DNA of 64,000 bases. Source: Pseudovirgaria hyperparasitica. Lineage: Eukaryota. Shown here piece by piece: positions 25,988 through 39,154 of this stretch. The translations under genes and the position numbers were made by a program. Below the pieces are notes generated by a model. The model was not told where the DNA came from. It saw only the letters and a list, made by a program, of their open reading frames with translations, and made no database searches. Position 1 is the first letter of the stretch, and each line of letters opens with the position of its first letter. Location of the stretch: the NCBI GenBank assembly GCA_010093815.1, contig ML996570.1; one strand, 5' to 3'.

Positions 25988-27595
25988 CTGCGGCGGCCGG
26001 TGGAGCTGCAGCACTGCATCTGGGTGTGGATAATGGCAGCTAATCATGTTTGCTGTTTGCCTGCTCTTCTGGGCTGTTTGCAACGGTTTATCTGCCGACT
26101 ATGGCCCTGACAACAGTGCATGCATGTACTGTATTAGCCATTTCCGAGTATGATTGCATACCGTATGAAAATACAATAGGATATCGAGCGGCACAGTACT
26201 ACTCTTGAAAGCTCTCTCGCAAGCATCAGGGTACAATGGTACATCCATCTCGCCATCTTGGACCTCGACCAAGCACGCTAAGCCTTGTATGCCTTCTTCA
26301 CACACACAGTGACAAACACACACACATACACACCACACATCTATGGAGACATCAAGGTCTATTTCATCTGCAGCGGACGTGTAATGAACCTGACTTATTA
26401 ACGTAGGTCTAAAAGCCTCTCCGATGTAGCGTCGTTCGGTCGCCCGTCGGCCGTAAGAATGACAGCAACCACTAATAATGACCCTGACAGTGACGGTCGA
26501 CAACAGACGGTGACAGTGCATACTCGAGTCAGTGTCCATGTCAACTACAGACGAGCAGACTGACTACGCAAACTGCTCACACAAAGAAATGTTTCGAGGC
26601 CAAAATCAAACGGCGCAAATGCCAGACAGTGACAAGTTGAGCGGTGATGATTCGAAAGGCTATATCAATGCAGCTAAAGCTCCTACAGCAGCCACAGAGC
26701 CACAACTCCTCTAGTCTCTCTCCGCTCTTCAGCTCCCCAACTTGGCTCTCCCTTACTAACCAGGGCTGTAAGTGAAGTCGTGTCGCTTACGGCATGGCGA
26801 CCCTTTTTCCCTCCACACTCAACCCATGCCATGCCACTGCAGTGTCCACCGTTCGCCATAGCGGCACATCCATACTCTTCTTTCGGGAAACCTCTCTCAG
26901 CAGCATGCCGTGAGTTGTCAGTCATCAGCCAGCAAACAACAAAAGTCATAAATCTTCACTCGCCCAGGACCGCGCTCAGGACTATCCTCGTGAGGCAGAG
27001 TCGTCGTACACGTATTGTCACATCGCCAGTCATCTGCATTAGCATCTGACTCGCATGCCATGCAAGAAGAGCTGTGCGTTTGGTAAAGAGCTATCAAGGT
27101 CTCTAATCTCACGCCCATCGCCCATGGCACGCCGAAACGATGAAAAGACACGATGGATCCAGGAATGGAGGATGAAAGGGCCCGGGGTCTGCTGCTAGGG
27201 ATCCTCGACATCGCTCAACCACTCGCAACACCACACTGTCCCATTCCACATGTCACGGACACTGACCCGCTTGCAAAAACAAGCTTCTGTTGTATCGTTG
27301 CTCCTGCTCGAAACACACCGTATTGAATCTACGTATAAACTTACTAAAGTCACCGGTCTCGCCTGGTTCTCGGCGACTAGTCCTTTCCCTCTCAAGTGAC
27401 AAGCCGTCCTTTTCACCCATGCAAAACTCACACAACAAGCCCTTGCAAATTGGTGATAATGTTATCTAGTCCATCAGACCCCCGCTACTTGCTTGCTCTC
27501 TTGTGTTTTGTATCTTGAATCCTGATGTCACTGCGAGTCCAACATCTATCAATCTCCACAGCCACACCGTCTTCCTCGCCTGTCCGTCATCCAAC

Positions 27596-29349
27596 ATGTC
27601 TTCATTGCACACGTCTCTTGCAGCTGCGCTTGTGGCCTGGCTCTTCTACCTCCTAGTCTTGACCGTCTACCGACTCTTCTTCCATCCGTTGGCAAGGTTT
27701 CCTGGTCCTGCTTACGCTGCTGTTAGTCGCTGGCACGAATGGTACTATGATGTTTACCTCGGAGGAAAGCTCATCTTCTGGATTGAGCATCTCCACAAGG
27801 TCTACGGTAGAGAATATTCACCAAAGTCCCGACTTTATAGCAACGCTAAATACTCGTCTGACAGGCCCAATCGTGCGCATTACCCCAGACGAGGTCCACA
27901 TCCTAGACGCAGACCTCTGGGAGACGCTTTACACGAAAGCAGGGCGGGTCGACAAGTACCAGTATATGTCACCTCGCTTTGGAAATGAGAATTCCGTCTT
28001 AACCACTGCCCCGGACGCTCTTCACAGGATTCGAAGGAATGCCTTGAATCCTTTCTTTTCTCGTCAACGAATCGTTGACCTTCAGACCATCATCAAGGGG
28101 AAGCTCGACATTCTCATTCGCAAAGTCCAGACTGCGAAGACGAACGGGCAACCCATTGTCATCAGCCGTGGTTTTCAGGCCTTTGCCGAAGATGTGATCA
28201 TGAACTATACATTTGCTCATGACTATGATTCCCTCAACAAGCAAGACTGGAAGCCCATCTTACATGATTCTTTCCAAGCTGTCAGTATCAGCGGAAACAT
28301 GGCTCTCCAGTTCCCTTGGATTCCAAAGATACTCAATGCGTTGCCAAAGAAGTGGTTGGCGAAGATTGAACCTTTATATGATCTGATCTTCCGCATGCAA
28401 GCGGTAAGTGTTGCACAGCCGGTCGCTCCAATATACCTGTGTAACTTACATCCACTTATACTGCAATAGGACTTCGCCGACCAGATCAAAGCTCTAAAGT
28501 CTGGCATGAGTGACGAGCGCATTGCAAAGGCTGGTCATACAACTATTCTGTCCGAGTTGTTAAGAGGCGACCTGCCTGCGGAAGAGCTTTCGAATCTACG
28601 CCTCCAAGATGAAGCCCAGCTCATAATTGGCGCTGGCCTTGCGACGACTGGGTGGACTTTGAGCTTGGGCATATATTATATTCTCTCGAATCCAAATGTG
28701 CTGCACACTCTACGCAAAGAGCTGAACGATGCCATACCAGAAGCAAACCTCCGCAGTCCAAGTCAACACCTCGACTGGACTAAGCTTGAACGTTTGCCAT
28801 ACCTCATGGGATGTGTCCGTGAGGCAGTGCGCTTGTCCTACTCTACTACATCACGTAATGCGCGCATTTTCAAGACACCCATCCAATTCGGGGACTGGAG
28901 CATTCCTGCTGGCACACCTATCTCAATGACGATCCCTTTCCTCAACCACAATGAGGAGATATTCCCAAACTCATATGCCTTTGTACCAGAGCGATGGATA
29001 GGTAATCCGAAAGCACCGAATGGTTCAAGCCTGGAAAGATACTTTGTTGGTTTCGGCAAAGGCTCAAGGTCTTGTTTGGGCATCAAGTAAGTAGCATCCA
29101 TCTGTTGTGCGATGGTGTTGTATTACTTGCAACCGTGTACTGCGGCTCGATACTAACTGGCTGCATTCTAGCCTTGCTCAAGCTGAGCTATACCTCACAT
29201 TCGCCGCAATGATCCGTTATTTTGACCTCGAGCTTTTCGACACAGACAAGACTGATGTGGACATGGCACATGACTTCTTCCTGCCATTTCCCAAGCTCGA
29301 CAGCAAAGGTATCAGAGTTCTTGTCAAAGACGACAAGCTGTACCAATGA
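27596..29349 (+). CDS. Cytochrome P450 (CYP58/trichodiene-oxygenase-like clan); introns 27807-27864, 28404-28469, 29087-29171
   Basis: TM anchor plus HPLARFPGP, YGPIVRITPDEVH, GAGLATTG (I-helix), EAVR (ExxR), PERW, FGKGSRSCLG heme motif; all junctions in frame. Confidence 0.95.
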
Positions 29350-32264
29350 CGATCGACTACAAATGAGACCTATGTAATCGACGTTCTAAAGGCTGCTGCA
29401 TGGCCAATGCAACACCAACACGTCCCCTAGGTTTAATAATATCGAATGTATAGTTTCTAATACATTCGCTCTACCTACACTCTCTAAGGTCGAGAAGTAA
29501 GGGTGCTCCCAATGCAACACAGATTGAGTCACGTCATCGTAACTTGACAAGATGTTCCCTGTCAAGACCACTTATCGCCATCTCGTGTGCAAACTGCGCC
29601 GCATATTGACCATCACACGACTTCTCGTAGGAGCCCTATCCAGACACCACGACTTCACCGCCGCTCGTCTGCCCTCGAATCGGCGTCAACACCCACCATC
29701 ACACGCCTCACGATGCTCCTGGTTCCCTACTACCACAGGCTGCCACATGCTGTACACACCCGGATACAAACTGCTTTAGCCAGGGAAAGCAAGGGCAGAG
29801 GACGTACTACGCCCTAATGTAAGCATCCCATGTCACCAAGAGTGTATGACTTTCCAGAATAGGCGAAGTGCATAGGCGCTTGTTGAACATGTCGTTGGAG
29901 CTAAATCGTGATATATATTCAAGATGAGGATGTCCAGTGAGGGGGTGGGTAGGTAGGTAGGCAGAATAGAGTAATGATTTCGATTGGGAAGGGTCCATGT
30001 ATCCAGGTCGAGATACAAACTATCTAATGAGAAGCCGGTATTTCTTCCTTGTTTAAGTCATGACTTCTGCGCGCAAGCAAGGGGAAGATGGAGGATATGA
30101 TAATTGGTGTCGTTTTTTAGAGGGGGGGTTGAATATTACGAGTCGGCTTGAGGCACGAATTCAGCCTTACAACTGACTACATCCATGTTTACCTAGGTTT
30201 TTAGGTAATGAAGCCAACACTAGGCTAAACACGATATATGTATAGTCTAATTTTTTTAATAGCCTTGCCTCTGATGGTATATAATTCAAATCAAGTCAAA
30301 CTGATTTCCGGCAAAATACATGAAAACAGATGGAAGGGGGGTTTTTTTTGGTATTTTTATTATTCTACTGTTATGATTGACCGTGTGTGGACGACTGGAG
30401 ATGAGTTGATTATTTTTCGCTTCCGTTTTGTTACTATAATGGTATAGAAAAGGGAGTAACGAGTTCTTTATAGAAGAAGTGGAACTAGGCTTGTTCTGCG
30501 ACTTACCATCTTGAGTATTGGTAGTAGTTGTATATTGTATTATGACATAATACATATGGAATGGGTTGATAGCTTGGTGGGCAGTGGGCGTGCGCTGAAG
30601 ATAAGGAATGCTTAGGATTGTATTACGATTACTATACTGGATATACATACATACATACATGTATATGCGCACACGGGCATTTCTTGAAGAATCTCCCATG
30701 GTCTAGATTCTCTTTCTCTTGACTCTTCTCTAATTATCTAAAGTCCATACGCAAATCCACACACAAATCAAACACCACCAACGCCGCCGCTGCAGACCGA
30801 AGCCTCAGGCCGCACAATCACCTACTTAACCTAACCAACCCTCCCAATCACCCGATTTATAAACACCAAAACTCCCAATATCCCCTTCCAAACCACAGAA
30901 AACCAAGGGAAAAAAAAAAGAACCAAAGCCAACGATCAAGCTTGAAACCTAATTAACCTGTGCGTGAAACGCCCGGAAATATGCAAGATGTGCAAAGGTT
31001 TGCATTAGTACCCATTCATTGCGGTATGCATGACGGTATGTATGTATGCATGCATGCATACTTTTTTTATGCATGCAGAGGTTGCTGGACGTCCGGGTTA
31101 CGCCTAGGCGTCGCGGGTGCTCGATGGGATGGGATGAGCTCGATGGATTGGATGACGCGGCTTGGGCTGGTTTGCGCGCTAATTAATTAGGTAGAGTTCC
31201 TGTGAGACTGGAACTGGGTTTTGAACCATTGTGATGGATGGATAAGATGGATAAGATGGGGTGGAGGGTTGGATTGATCGCCTGCGCGCTTGCTCGGCCT
31301 GTTGCCTGTGTGTGTGCATGGATGGGGCATATGGATGGCGTATTGCATGTGGATGCGTATGGATACATGTGTGCGTCGCCTAGTATGTATGTATGAGGCA
31401 GTGAGGCTGCATAGGTAGGATAGGCACGTAGATCGATTTGTCCAGACGAGTCTGATAATTCTTCGATCTACATTACATACAGTACACGCGTCATTGGGAC
31501 GGGGGACATACACTATGACTTTCTAGATACTGTAGTTGGATAAGATATGTGATCACCCATTCATTCATTCATTCGTTCGTTTGTTTTGGGAGTTGGTTTT
31601 TCTTTGTTTTTTGTTTTTTTTTCTCGGGTCAGGGTTTGGGTGTGCCTGGCATTATCCTTGCTTGTTGTCTTATCTAGCCTTGCCCTATGTTGCCTTGCCT
31701 GTCCCTGCCTGTGAGTGATGGCCTCGCCAGCCCAGCACCGACCATCTGGAATGTTGGCTTTGGAAACGGAACGGGAGCAGGATAGGCTGGTAAGAAGGAG
31801 TTTTGTTTGACAGGGGCGGGGGTGGTTCGCAGGCATTGTGTTGCTATTTTGCGTGCTGATCCATGGCGCTTAGTTTTGCTTGTTTGAGGCGTCTGGGGCT
31901 TGGCTTGGGACTGGCAGCAAAGTGCGGTGCGGGAGCCTGGAGAGATCTGGGGATGGGACTTGGCTGGTACCGGCTACGTAGTGGTTGGGTTGGGTATTTG
32001 GCGCGTATACTGCTTGGGATGATGGTTTCGCTGGCTCAGAGAGATGGGGTTCGAGATGACTGTTGCTGTTGTTTATGTTGATGTTGCTTGCTGTCACCGT
32101 CGCTGTGCTATTGTGCGATGTTGAATTTTTTTGCGTCTGAAAGGTGTAGCAATGCGCCGGCTTCGTGTCGTGCGCGCCGTTAGGTCCAGCTCGGAGATCC
32201 ATTACTTGCCTAGAACCCAAACAACTTAGCATTCAAGATATCATATGCCTATACGAATCGAGGT

Positions 32265-34085
32265 ATGGAAGATGATGTGCGCATAAGCGATGAACGCTTC
32301 AAATCGTTATATGAGACTAGCTTCCGATCATGGGCGTCACTCTACTCTCGTGCAAAGGAGAACCTCCACCTACCGACCAACCTTTTCAATGAGCACACAT
32401 TCTCTCAGCATCCGTACTTTCCTGAAAACTTACGACTCAAGCATGAGGGAAGCGAGGTCCTTGTGTCGGGTCACTCAGTCTGGAGCTCAACGGCGGTAGC
32501 ATGCGAGAACCCTACCGGACCATTCCAGCAGCTCCTGCAATTCGTGGTCACTTCAAATGACCCTATCCTGCTTTCGATCGTGGATTCGACTCAGGGTAAC
32601 TCAAATTATGCGCAGTACTTTGATAACGAAGGTGACTTTCTTGCTGTCCTTGTTCTAGCATGGGCATACATCTTGTCGGCTCGCTGGGCTGAGATGATGC
32701 CCGAGTCTTGCTCCATTAGATACACGGAATGCCGGGCGATCATGTGTGATACATCAGAACCCGGGATAGATCCGAATACCATCTCTGTTGACATTGGACC
32801 AGCAAGCTCAGAAGAACGTCGATGGTGGACCGCTGTTCTGGCACCAGATCAGGGCTGGCAAGCTACAATGAAGCTAGAGCAAGAAACATTCTTATCACCA
32901 TGGTCAGTCCGATTACAGTCGGACTTGCATTTCTCCATACAGCAGAAGCCTTCCTCTCCGCGATGTCTCAGCCCATCCTCCTCCGAAGCCTTAGGGTATC
33001 TCGACAAGTTCTGTACTCGTCACAACATCGTGGACCAGAGCTATGCTGCGCTAGCCGCTGCACTTCTACTTCCATCAATGGGTAGAATGAATGCCATCCG
33101 ACTACACGCGCCTAGGGCCAATCCCTACAAACATTGCGTCAGTTCCGAGAGAAATCTGCAACATAGTCGAATATGCGAAGACCACTACCTAGATAGGCTC
33201 CTTACAATGAGCTGTAATCCCAAAGGGATACGCTCAATGTTGCTCAGCGCCTTCTTCGAGCCGAGCATCGAGTGCAACGCAGTCACTCCATGGCTACAAG
33301 GGGCTCTGTGTGCCATTGAGACACTGACTAGAGACACCCCGTTTATACTAGGGCGTATGTGTATGGAACGAGCACCTAGGCTCGCAATCCTTTGGTTGGG
33401 AAGCACCATTTTAGGCCTCAACGTCAGACTTCTACAGGATGTACGGACAGGCATGATACCGATAGACCTACACAGCGCCGTCTGGTCAGACACAGTCCAG
33501 TCGTTCATACAGCTACCTACATCCAATCCCGTTGAAAGAGGTGGATTTGTGACTCGCGCAGACGAGTGTCGACTGCTCTTGCTCTCCCAGCAGGGCTATC
33601 ACGCTCGAGTCCCATTTTGTCAGTGGAAACCGTTTGGCGAGACCGCTCTTGATGACGTCGACATCGAGGTCCGTCTCCACGCAAAATGTGGCAGTCACGG
33701 GTTACAATACCAGAGTTTTGTCTGGGAATGCACTGACGAGAACTTGTCCTGTAAATCATCTAGACAAACAGATGTTCCTCCTCCAGCAGACCTGCCTGGC
33801 TTAGACATCTGCAGCACGAATGATATATCTATTTCTTACAATGCGCTGGATCGAGACAAAGAGTTTGTCTCGGAGAACGAAACACGGAAAATATTTACCT
33901 GGTTGCGCAGCGAGGGTTACACGCGGTCTGAAAAGGGGATATGGGAGCATGAATGGCTTGCGGAATCAGACGATGAGGACACGAGTGTTTTAGAAGATGA
34001 GAATGGGAGTTGCGCTAAATATAGAGATAAGTCTATGTCACGCGTGGAATCTTGGTCAGCAGATTGTGAAGACCAGATAAATTAG
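32265..34085 (+). CDS. Hypothetical protein (606 aa), intronless ORF of unknown function
   Basis: Long uninterrupted ORF with protein-like composition and Trp-rich motifs (LAWAYILSARWAE, WWTAVLAP..GW, SPWS); start may differ. Confidence 0.85.
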   Translation: MEDDVRISDERFKSLYETSFRSWASLYSRAKENLHLPTNLFNEHTFSQHPYFPENLRLKHEGSEVLVSGHSVWSSTAVACENPTGPFQQLLQFVVTSNDPILLSIVDSTQGNSNYAQYFDNEGDFLAVLVLAWAYILSARWAEMMPESCSIRYTECRAIMCDTSEPGIDPNTISVDIGPASSEERRWWTAVLAPDQGWQATMKLEQETFLSPWSVRLQSDLHFSIQQKPSSPRCLSPSSSEALGYLDKFCTRHNIVDQSYAALAAALLLPSMGRMNAIRLHAPRANPYKHCVSSERNLQHSRICEDHYLDRLLTMSCNPKGIRSMLLSAFFEPSIECNAVTPWLQGALCAIETLTRDTPFILGRMCMERAPRLAILWLGSTILGLNVRLLQDVRTGMIPIDLHSAVWSDTVQSFIQLPTSNPVERGGFVTRADECRLLLLSQQGYHARVPFCQWKPFGETALDDVDIEVRLHAKCGSHGLQYQSFVWECTDENLSCKSSRQTDVPPPADLPGLDICSTNDISISYNALDRDKEFVSENETRKIFTWLRSEGYTRSEKGIWEHEWLAESDDEDTSVLEDENGSCAKYRDKSMSRVESWSADCEDQIN

Positions 34086-34474
34086 ATATTTCATGACCTG
34101 TATTCGGTTCGTTACAAAGCTTCTACCTCGATGCATGAATCAATCAAAAGGTATTGGTTAAATCTTGTGTAGTGCCATAGTAACCGGCTGAGAAGTTGGA
34201 ATGATATCGTAGTCACTAATGTAAAGCTCCAATGAGTATACAAATCAAGAACTTCAAGATCCAGCCTTGAGTGTATGCTCTTGTGTCTCTATAATCTATC
34301 TAAATTTATATATATTGCTGGTATTGTAAGGACGAACATTCTTTTACTGTCATCGCCATATGAAACATAATGAAAGCAGCGCCACACTGCAAAGTCCTGC
34401 GGCCATGACGAGGCCGATCCTAAACGCCAACGCTAATCCAGTTCATTCAAATCCTCCTTAATCAAAGTTCTTGC

Positions 34475-36110
34475 TCAGTCAAAGACAAAGTTGGGATGTT
34501 CCCGCCGCGGCCGCGACGGTTCCCGACCTCGTCGGCCCCGCCGATCTCCAACTCGAGAGTATTGTCTCCCCGTCATGGTATTACTCCTTGTACTTGCAAC
34601 TGTAGGTCGAGACACCGATCGACCACCGGAGCGAGTCGTGGACCTCGATCTTCTTCCCTCCTCATTCATTGTGATCATCGACACAGTGTCGGTCTCGCTA
34701 TATCGTAACGAATTCGCACGAGAAGTCGTACGGCTGGTACTCCTCGAGAGATATGGTGTGGACTTATGCGCAGCGATAGCCTCCAGGTCCAAGCCGTGCT
34801 TTTCGACCATTTGCTCCTGGTGTTTCAGCATGTGGACGGGTCCTCGGATGAACGTCGAGAGGATATCGGCAATGTTGAGCGCCTCGCCCATTGCAACCAG
34901 TCCGAATCTCCCACCTCGATACTCTCTTGGATCGTCATCCTCGGTGATTCTGTAGGGCGCGATGCGGAATGTCCACAGGAAGAGTAGGGCGAATAGAGGC
35001 ATCTCGCAACAGATGACTAGGTTTGGCAGTCCGTACACAACGTCATCCCAGGTCATGTATTCGCTCGGCTGGATTGCCTGGTATCCGGCAAGTGCGGTAA
35101 TGATGGTAAGCTGCAAGGCATTTACCACAACGATAGACTTGAAGGCAATCATCTTTCTCCAGGCACCATGCGGGCGCAGCTGATCAGATTGTTTCACGTG
35201 GAAGTATATTTCTCCCGCTACAGCGAGGACAATGGAAATGTTTTCGATCCAAGCAATCTGGGGCACATGTCAGTAAGTCTTCCATATCGATGCGGGAACA
35301 CTTACCCATGACTTGGAGAATGCGAAGCTGTTCGATGTATTACAGTACCACCCAGTAGCTTTGGATACGACGGTGATTATAAAGACGATGATACTGACAG
35401 GAATCAGTTGTATCGCCAGGTACCAACATAGTTTCAACCATGTGGGACCGGAGTAGTTCTCTTCTCGCATGTGCGAATAGCGCCGTTCCATATGTCGAAG
35501 GTGATGTAGATGGTCGTATTTGGTGACTCTGAACATCCGTTCAAAGCCGTCCTCGTTCGATAGGACGCAATTGCATAGGAAGAGAAGGAAGGCGGCCACG
35601 GTAAATGATTCGCCAATAAGAAGAAGTGGTTTCAGGTAAGGGGCGGCCTCTTCAAAGATAACACCCAAGAACGACACGAAGACGAACCACTGGATAAGGT
35701 ATGCGACACGCATGATTCTGCACAACATGTTAACAGCGTTGCAGATGATGTGGCGGTGATACTGACTGTTTCTGCTCTCCGGGAGCACAATAATGGGTCG
35801 CATGTCGAGCAATGAGAACCCACGACAAGACACAAGCGACGAAGCCTGCCGAGGCGGAGAGCACAATGGCGAGATCGTGAAACTTGAGGTTTCCGACAAT
35901 AGGAAGTATTTCTGTCACTGTCAACAACAAAGACTTTCGAGCTGCAAGAAGGTTGCACTTACCATGGTCTTCCACAAATGCTGGCTTCTTAGGACAAACA
36001 TTCCAGTTTTCATAGATTGTCTCAATCTCTCCTCCTTCCACGTCCCCACCTTCATCTTCCCCCTCCATCAAACGACGCACCAGAGAGAACGCTGCCGAGG
36101 AAAGCGACAT
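34475..36110 (-). CDS. Organic solute transporter OSTalpha/TMEM184 family protein; introns 35912-35962, 35718-35766, 35258-35305
   Basis: HATHYCAPGEQKQIMR, KMIAFKSIV, LVICCEMPLFA..F.W.F...PY motifs; multiple TM segments; canonical splice sites in frame. Confidence 0.88.
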
Positions 36111-38319
36111 TGTGGAGTCGTTGCACCAGAAAATGGAAATGTAAAGAACAACAAATGAGAGCTGCGCTGGCCATGCAAGCAGTGAGTGTTAAGAGACAGG
36201 AAAAATCAACGACCGGAGTGGCACGAACGACAAGTACAACACAATACAAAGCGGACATTTCGTCCATATCTACCTGCCAACGTCCGGACATCACTGTGGT
36301 CGTAGAGTCGAGCTTGGCTGGGGCCACCAGTAGTCGCTAGAGTGATCAGGGGCTTGCGATCCGCTCCCGTCACGCCACATCATGTCCGCCAGTGCCTTCT
36401 GCAGGGGCCATGCAGCCCAACGCCAACAGGCTGCGGCTCTTCAAGTGAGGCTGGCATCACTATCAACCACCCATTTCTTAGACGCAGATCATCCTAAAAC
36501 AGCCATTATTATGATTCAGGCGTCCTGTTGCAAGGCTGATGGCGCACGGCCCGGTATTGTGGCTGCCGCTGGTCCCAGCCGGCGGGTATCAGTCAGCGCC
36601 TGCCCCTTTTCAAGGCAACGGGTGTCGTCAGCATTGCCGGAAGAAGATCTAGCGCGTGGGTTTTGAGTACGGTAGTCTGTGCGGATATGCATAAAGTTGT
36701 TTTGTGCTATTTCTGGTAAACACGAACCAACGCTGACAATAACATATAACAAGCTATAAAGTCCCTATGCGACTAATAATCAGTCTCAAAAGTAATTAGC
36801 ATCGCACACAGCTTTGTTCTTAATATTGATCTTACCTTGGCAACGAAGCTAAATACTCCAGCCACTGCAAGGTGATCAGTAGTCCCGTTAGGCATAGCGA
36901 TAGATAGCAAAAAAGCAGGCTACGTAGTCGTTGCTAGTCCATGCGAAGCTAGAAGATCATTATTTACAACGTTGGCTAACACGTTAGGAACCATCTTAAG
37001 GCGTTAGCCAAGGCAACCAATTTACTTCTTCGCACTAAGCAAGAGGAGCCACACGCGGCGCCTGTTAGCATCTTACCTGCGCCCTTCGCAGATAGCAATT
37101 CCCTATCTCCTCTCTACTTCTGAATCTTAGCTTGCATACTCAGAAACCTGCTGCTGTTTACTTTCACGGCGATAGCAAAACTCATGGGATTTCAGGCGCT
37201 CGAAGCTTACTCTTAGGCATTTGTCACTTTTAGCCTCAATGCTGTAACCACATACGCTTTTCAATGCAAGACATAGTTCACGAAAAGACGAACACAGGTC
37301 ATGTGTAACCCCACTGTTCGAACTTGATAGAAATAATACAGATTCTGCCATTGTCAGGATCCTACCTCTATTGGGCTCCCAGGATGAGCTATCCGCTGCA
37401 CTACTAACAGGGGTAATGGTCTTCTTTATATGGCTTTGCATATTCGTCCTCGACATTCTCACAGAGTCGCATGCGTCGAATGCTGGTCGTCCATCATGGT
37501 GAAGCCAAACCACGGTCAATTCTCTCGTCCGGGGAAGTCCAAGCCAGGATGACTGACAAAAGAGCGCTCGGCGCAATTCCATACTCTTGAGTCTTGACGC
37601 AGCGCCTATTCAACCAATTGAGGTACGGAACATTTGCCTTGAATCCTGGATGTAAAGTAGCCACGAAGAGCTGCGTAAGCCACTCCCCCGTATATCACGC
37701 ACTTCTCCAATCTGACAGGTACTGGATACATTGCATGAATGAAGCTGAGGTATTTAACCCCGGACGCACTGTCATTCGGGCCGGTTAAGCTTTCACACAG
37801 AGCCCGCGATCGTGCTAAGCTATTTCATCAGATCCCCCCAGCTTCTTAGCATTACACGCATGAGTGATTTTCAGGAGCGCTTGCGTGGCTTGAGAGCTCT
37901 GTAGAAACGTGAAAAGACGCGTGCTAATCAATTATGTGCAGTCTACGGAGATACTCACCACAGTCCGCACTCCCGCTGAAGGCTTCCTGGAAATACTGGG
38001 TCCTCTCGAGACTGGAACTTTCTATCTTGCACGCGATATGGCTCAATATAAAGGACTGGGTTTTCGTGCGTTTGCATCACACTGCGTTTGGCTTAAAATA
38101 GTTCCGAGCGAGATTTGAAACCGCATCAGCTCTGCGCGGTCTTTTCAAATTCCATATTATTCCCTGATCTGCGGAAAAGAAAAATTAGCCAGGGTGGGCA
38201 ACCAAGGAATGGAGCATCATTGATTAAGTATACGCAAGCCCCCTACTAGGCCTCTAAGAGGACTGGATACTGTCACTGGCCTAGATCCATTGTTCGTTGT
38301 ATCAGGTCAGTTGACAAAG

Positions 38320-38820
38320 GATGGATGGCTGGACATATATACATATAGAGTACCCACTATATCTATAAACACCAAAATTCGGCAAAACCACGAAAGAACT
38401 GAATCGTTATGTTGGTTGAATTGGAAGAGTATCCCAAAAGGGCAGACTAGGTCTGAGATGTAGTTATGGATATGCAAATACTCTAGGCGGAAGGATACTA
38501 TACGGGCATGTATCATCAATCAGCCATGATACGCGAACCCTAAGATGTCAAAGTGAAATAAGATTTCCACAATCATCTAACCTAAGACCTGAAGCTGAGG
38601 GGCATTCTTGTATACGACGACGGGCAGATCTCTAGCATTGTGGATTAGGGAATGTGCGGACTTGGTCTGGTGATCTGAATATTGCAAATACACCAAGATA
38701 CATTTTAGCTATTGTTATATCAAGAGGTATATTGTGGATGTTATTGATCAGGTTTCCAATGACTGTCATGATGAGGTAGATGTCGAAGACATGCTAGTAA
38801 GCATCGCCCCCCCTTGGTAG
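38320..38820 (+). pseudogene. Degraded APH/choline-kinase-family phosphotransferase
   Basis: DLKLRGILVYDDGQISSIVD* (cf. HxDLxxxNILV...IIDW; TAG at 38646 where W expected), then KYTKIHF...VIDQV...DEVDVEDML..IAPPW*; stops and frameshifts. Confidence 0.65.
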
Positions 38821-39070
38821 TACATTATAATCCAGTAGTCGATCATATTGACTTACATGCTGTTACAGCATATCTGGCACGATAGTTATCACATTTGGCC
38901 TCTGGATCGATACTTGGAAGAGAAAATTCAAATTTGGATTTGATTGGCCATTTGTCTGGCTCCCTTATATCGCAAAAGGCTCAGCAATGCTACGTGCTCA
39001 CGTACGCGTATTAGAATATCCCTGTGTCGAGGCTCACGATGTCATAGCTGTGAGACAATTTCAGGGCTCC

Positions 39071-39154
39071 AATATTGGTGTCCTAATACTGGTGTCCTGA
39101 TACTGGTGTCCTGATACTGGTGTCCTAGTACTTGTGTCCTAATACTGGTGTCCT
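39071..39154. repeat. 14-nt minisatellite (RATACTGGTGTCCT) x6
   Basis: Six consecutive units with 0-2 substitutions. Confidence 0.95.

Noticed and set aside
29800..32200. Short ORFs in the SSR-rich interval
   Set aside because: Low complexity and no convincing start context or motifs; a noncoding transcript cannot be excluded
39071..39154. CRISPR-like array
   Set aside because: Head-to-tail repeats without spacers, in a eukaryotic genome
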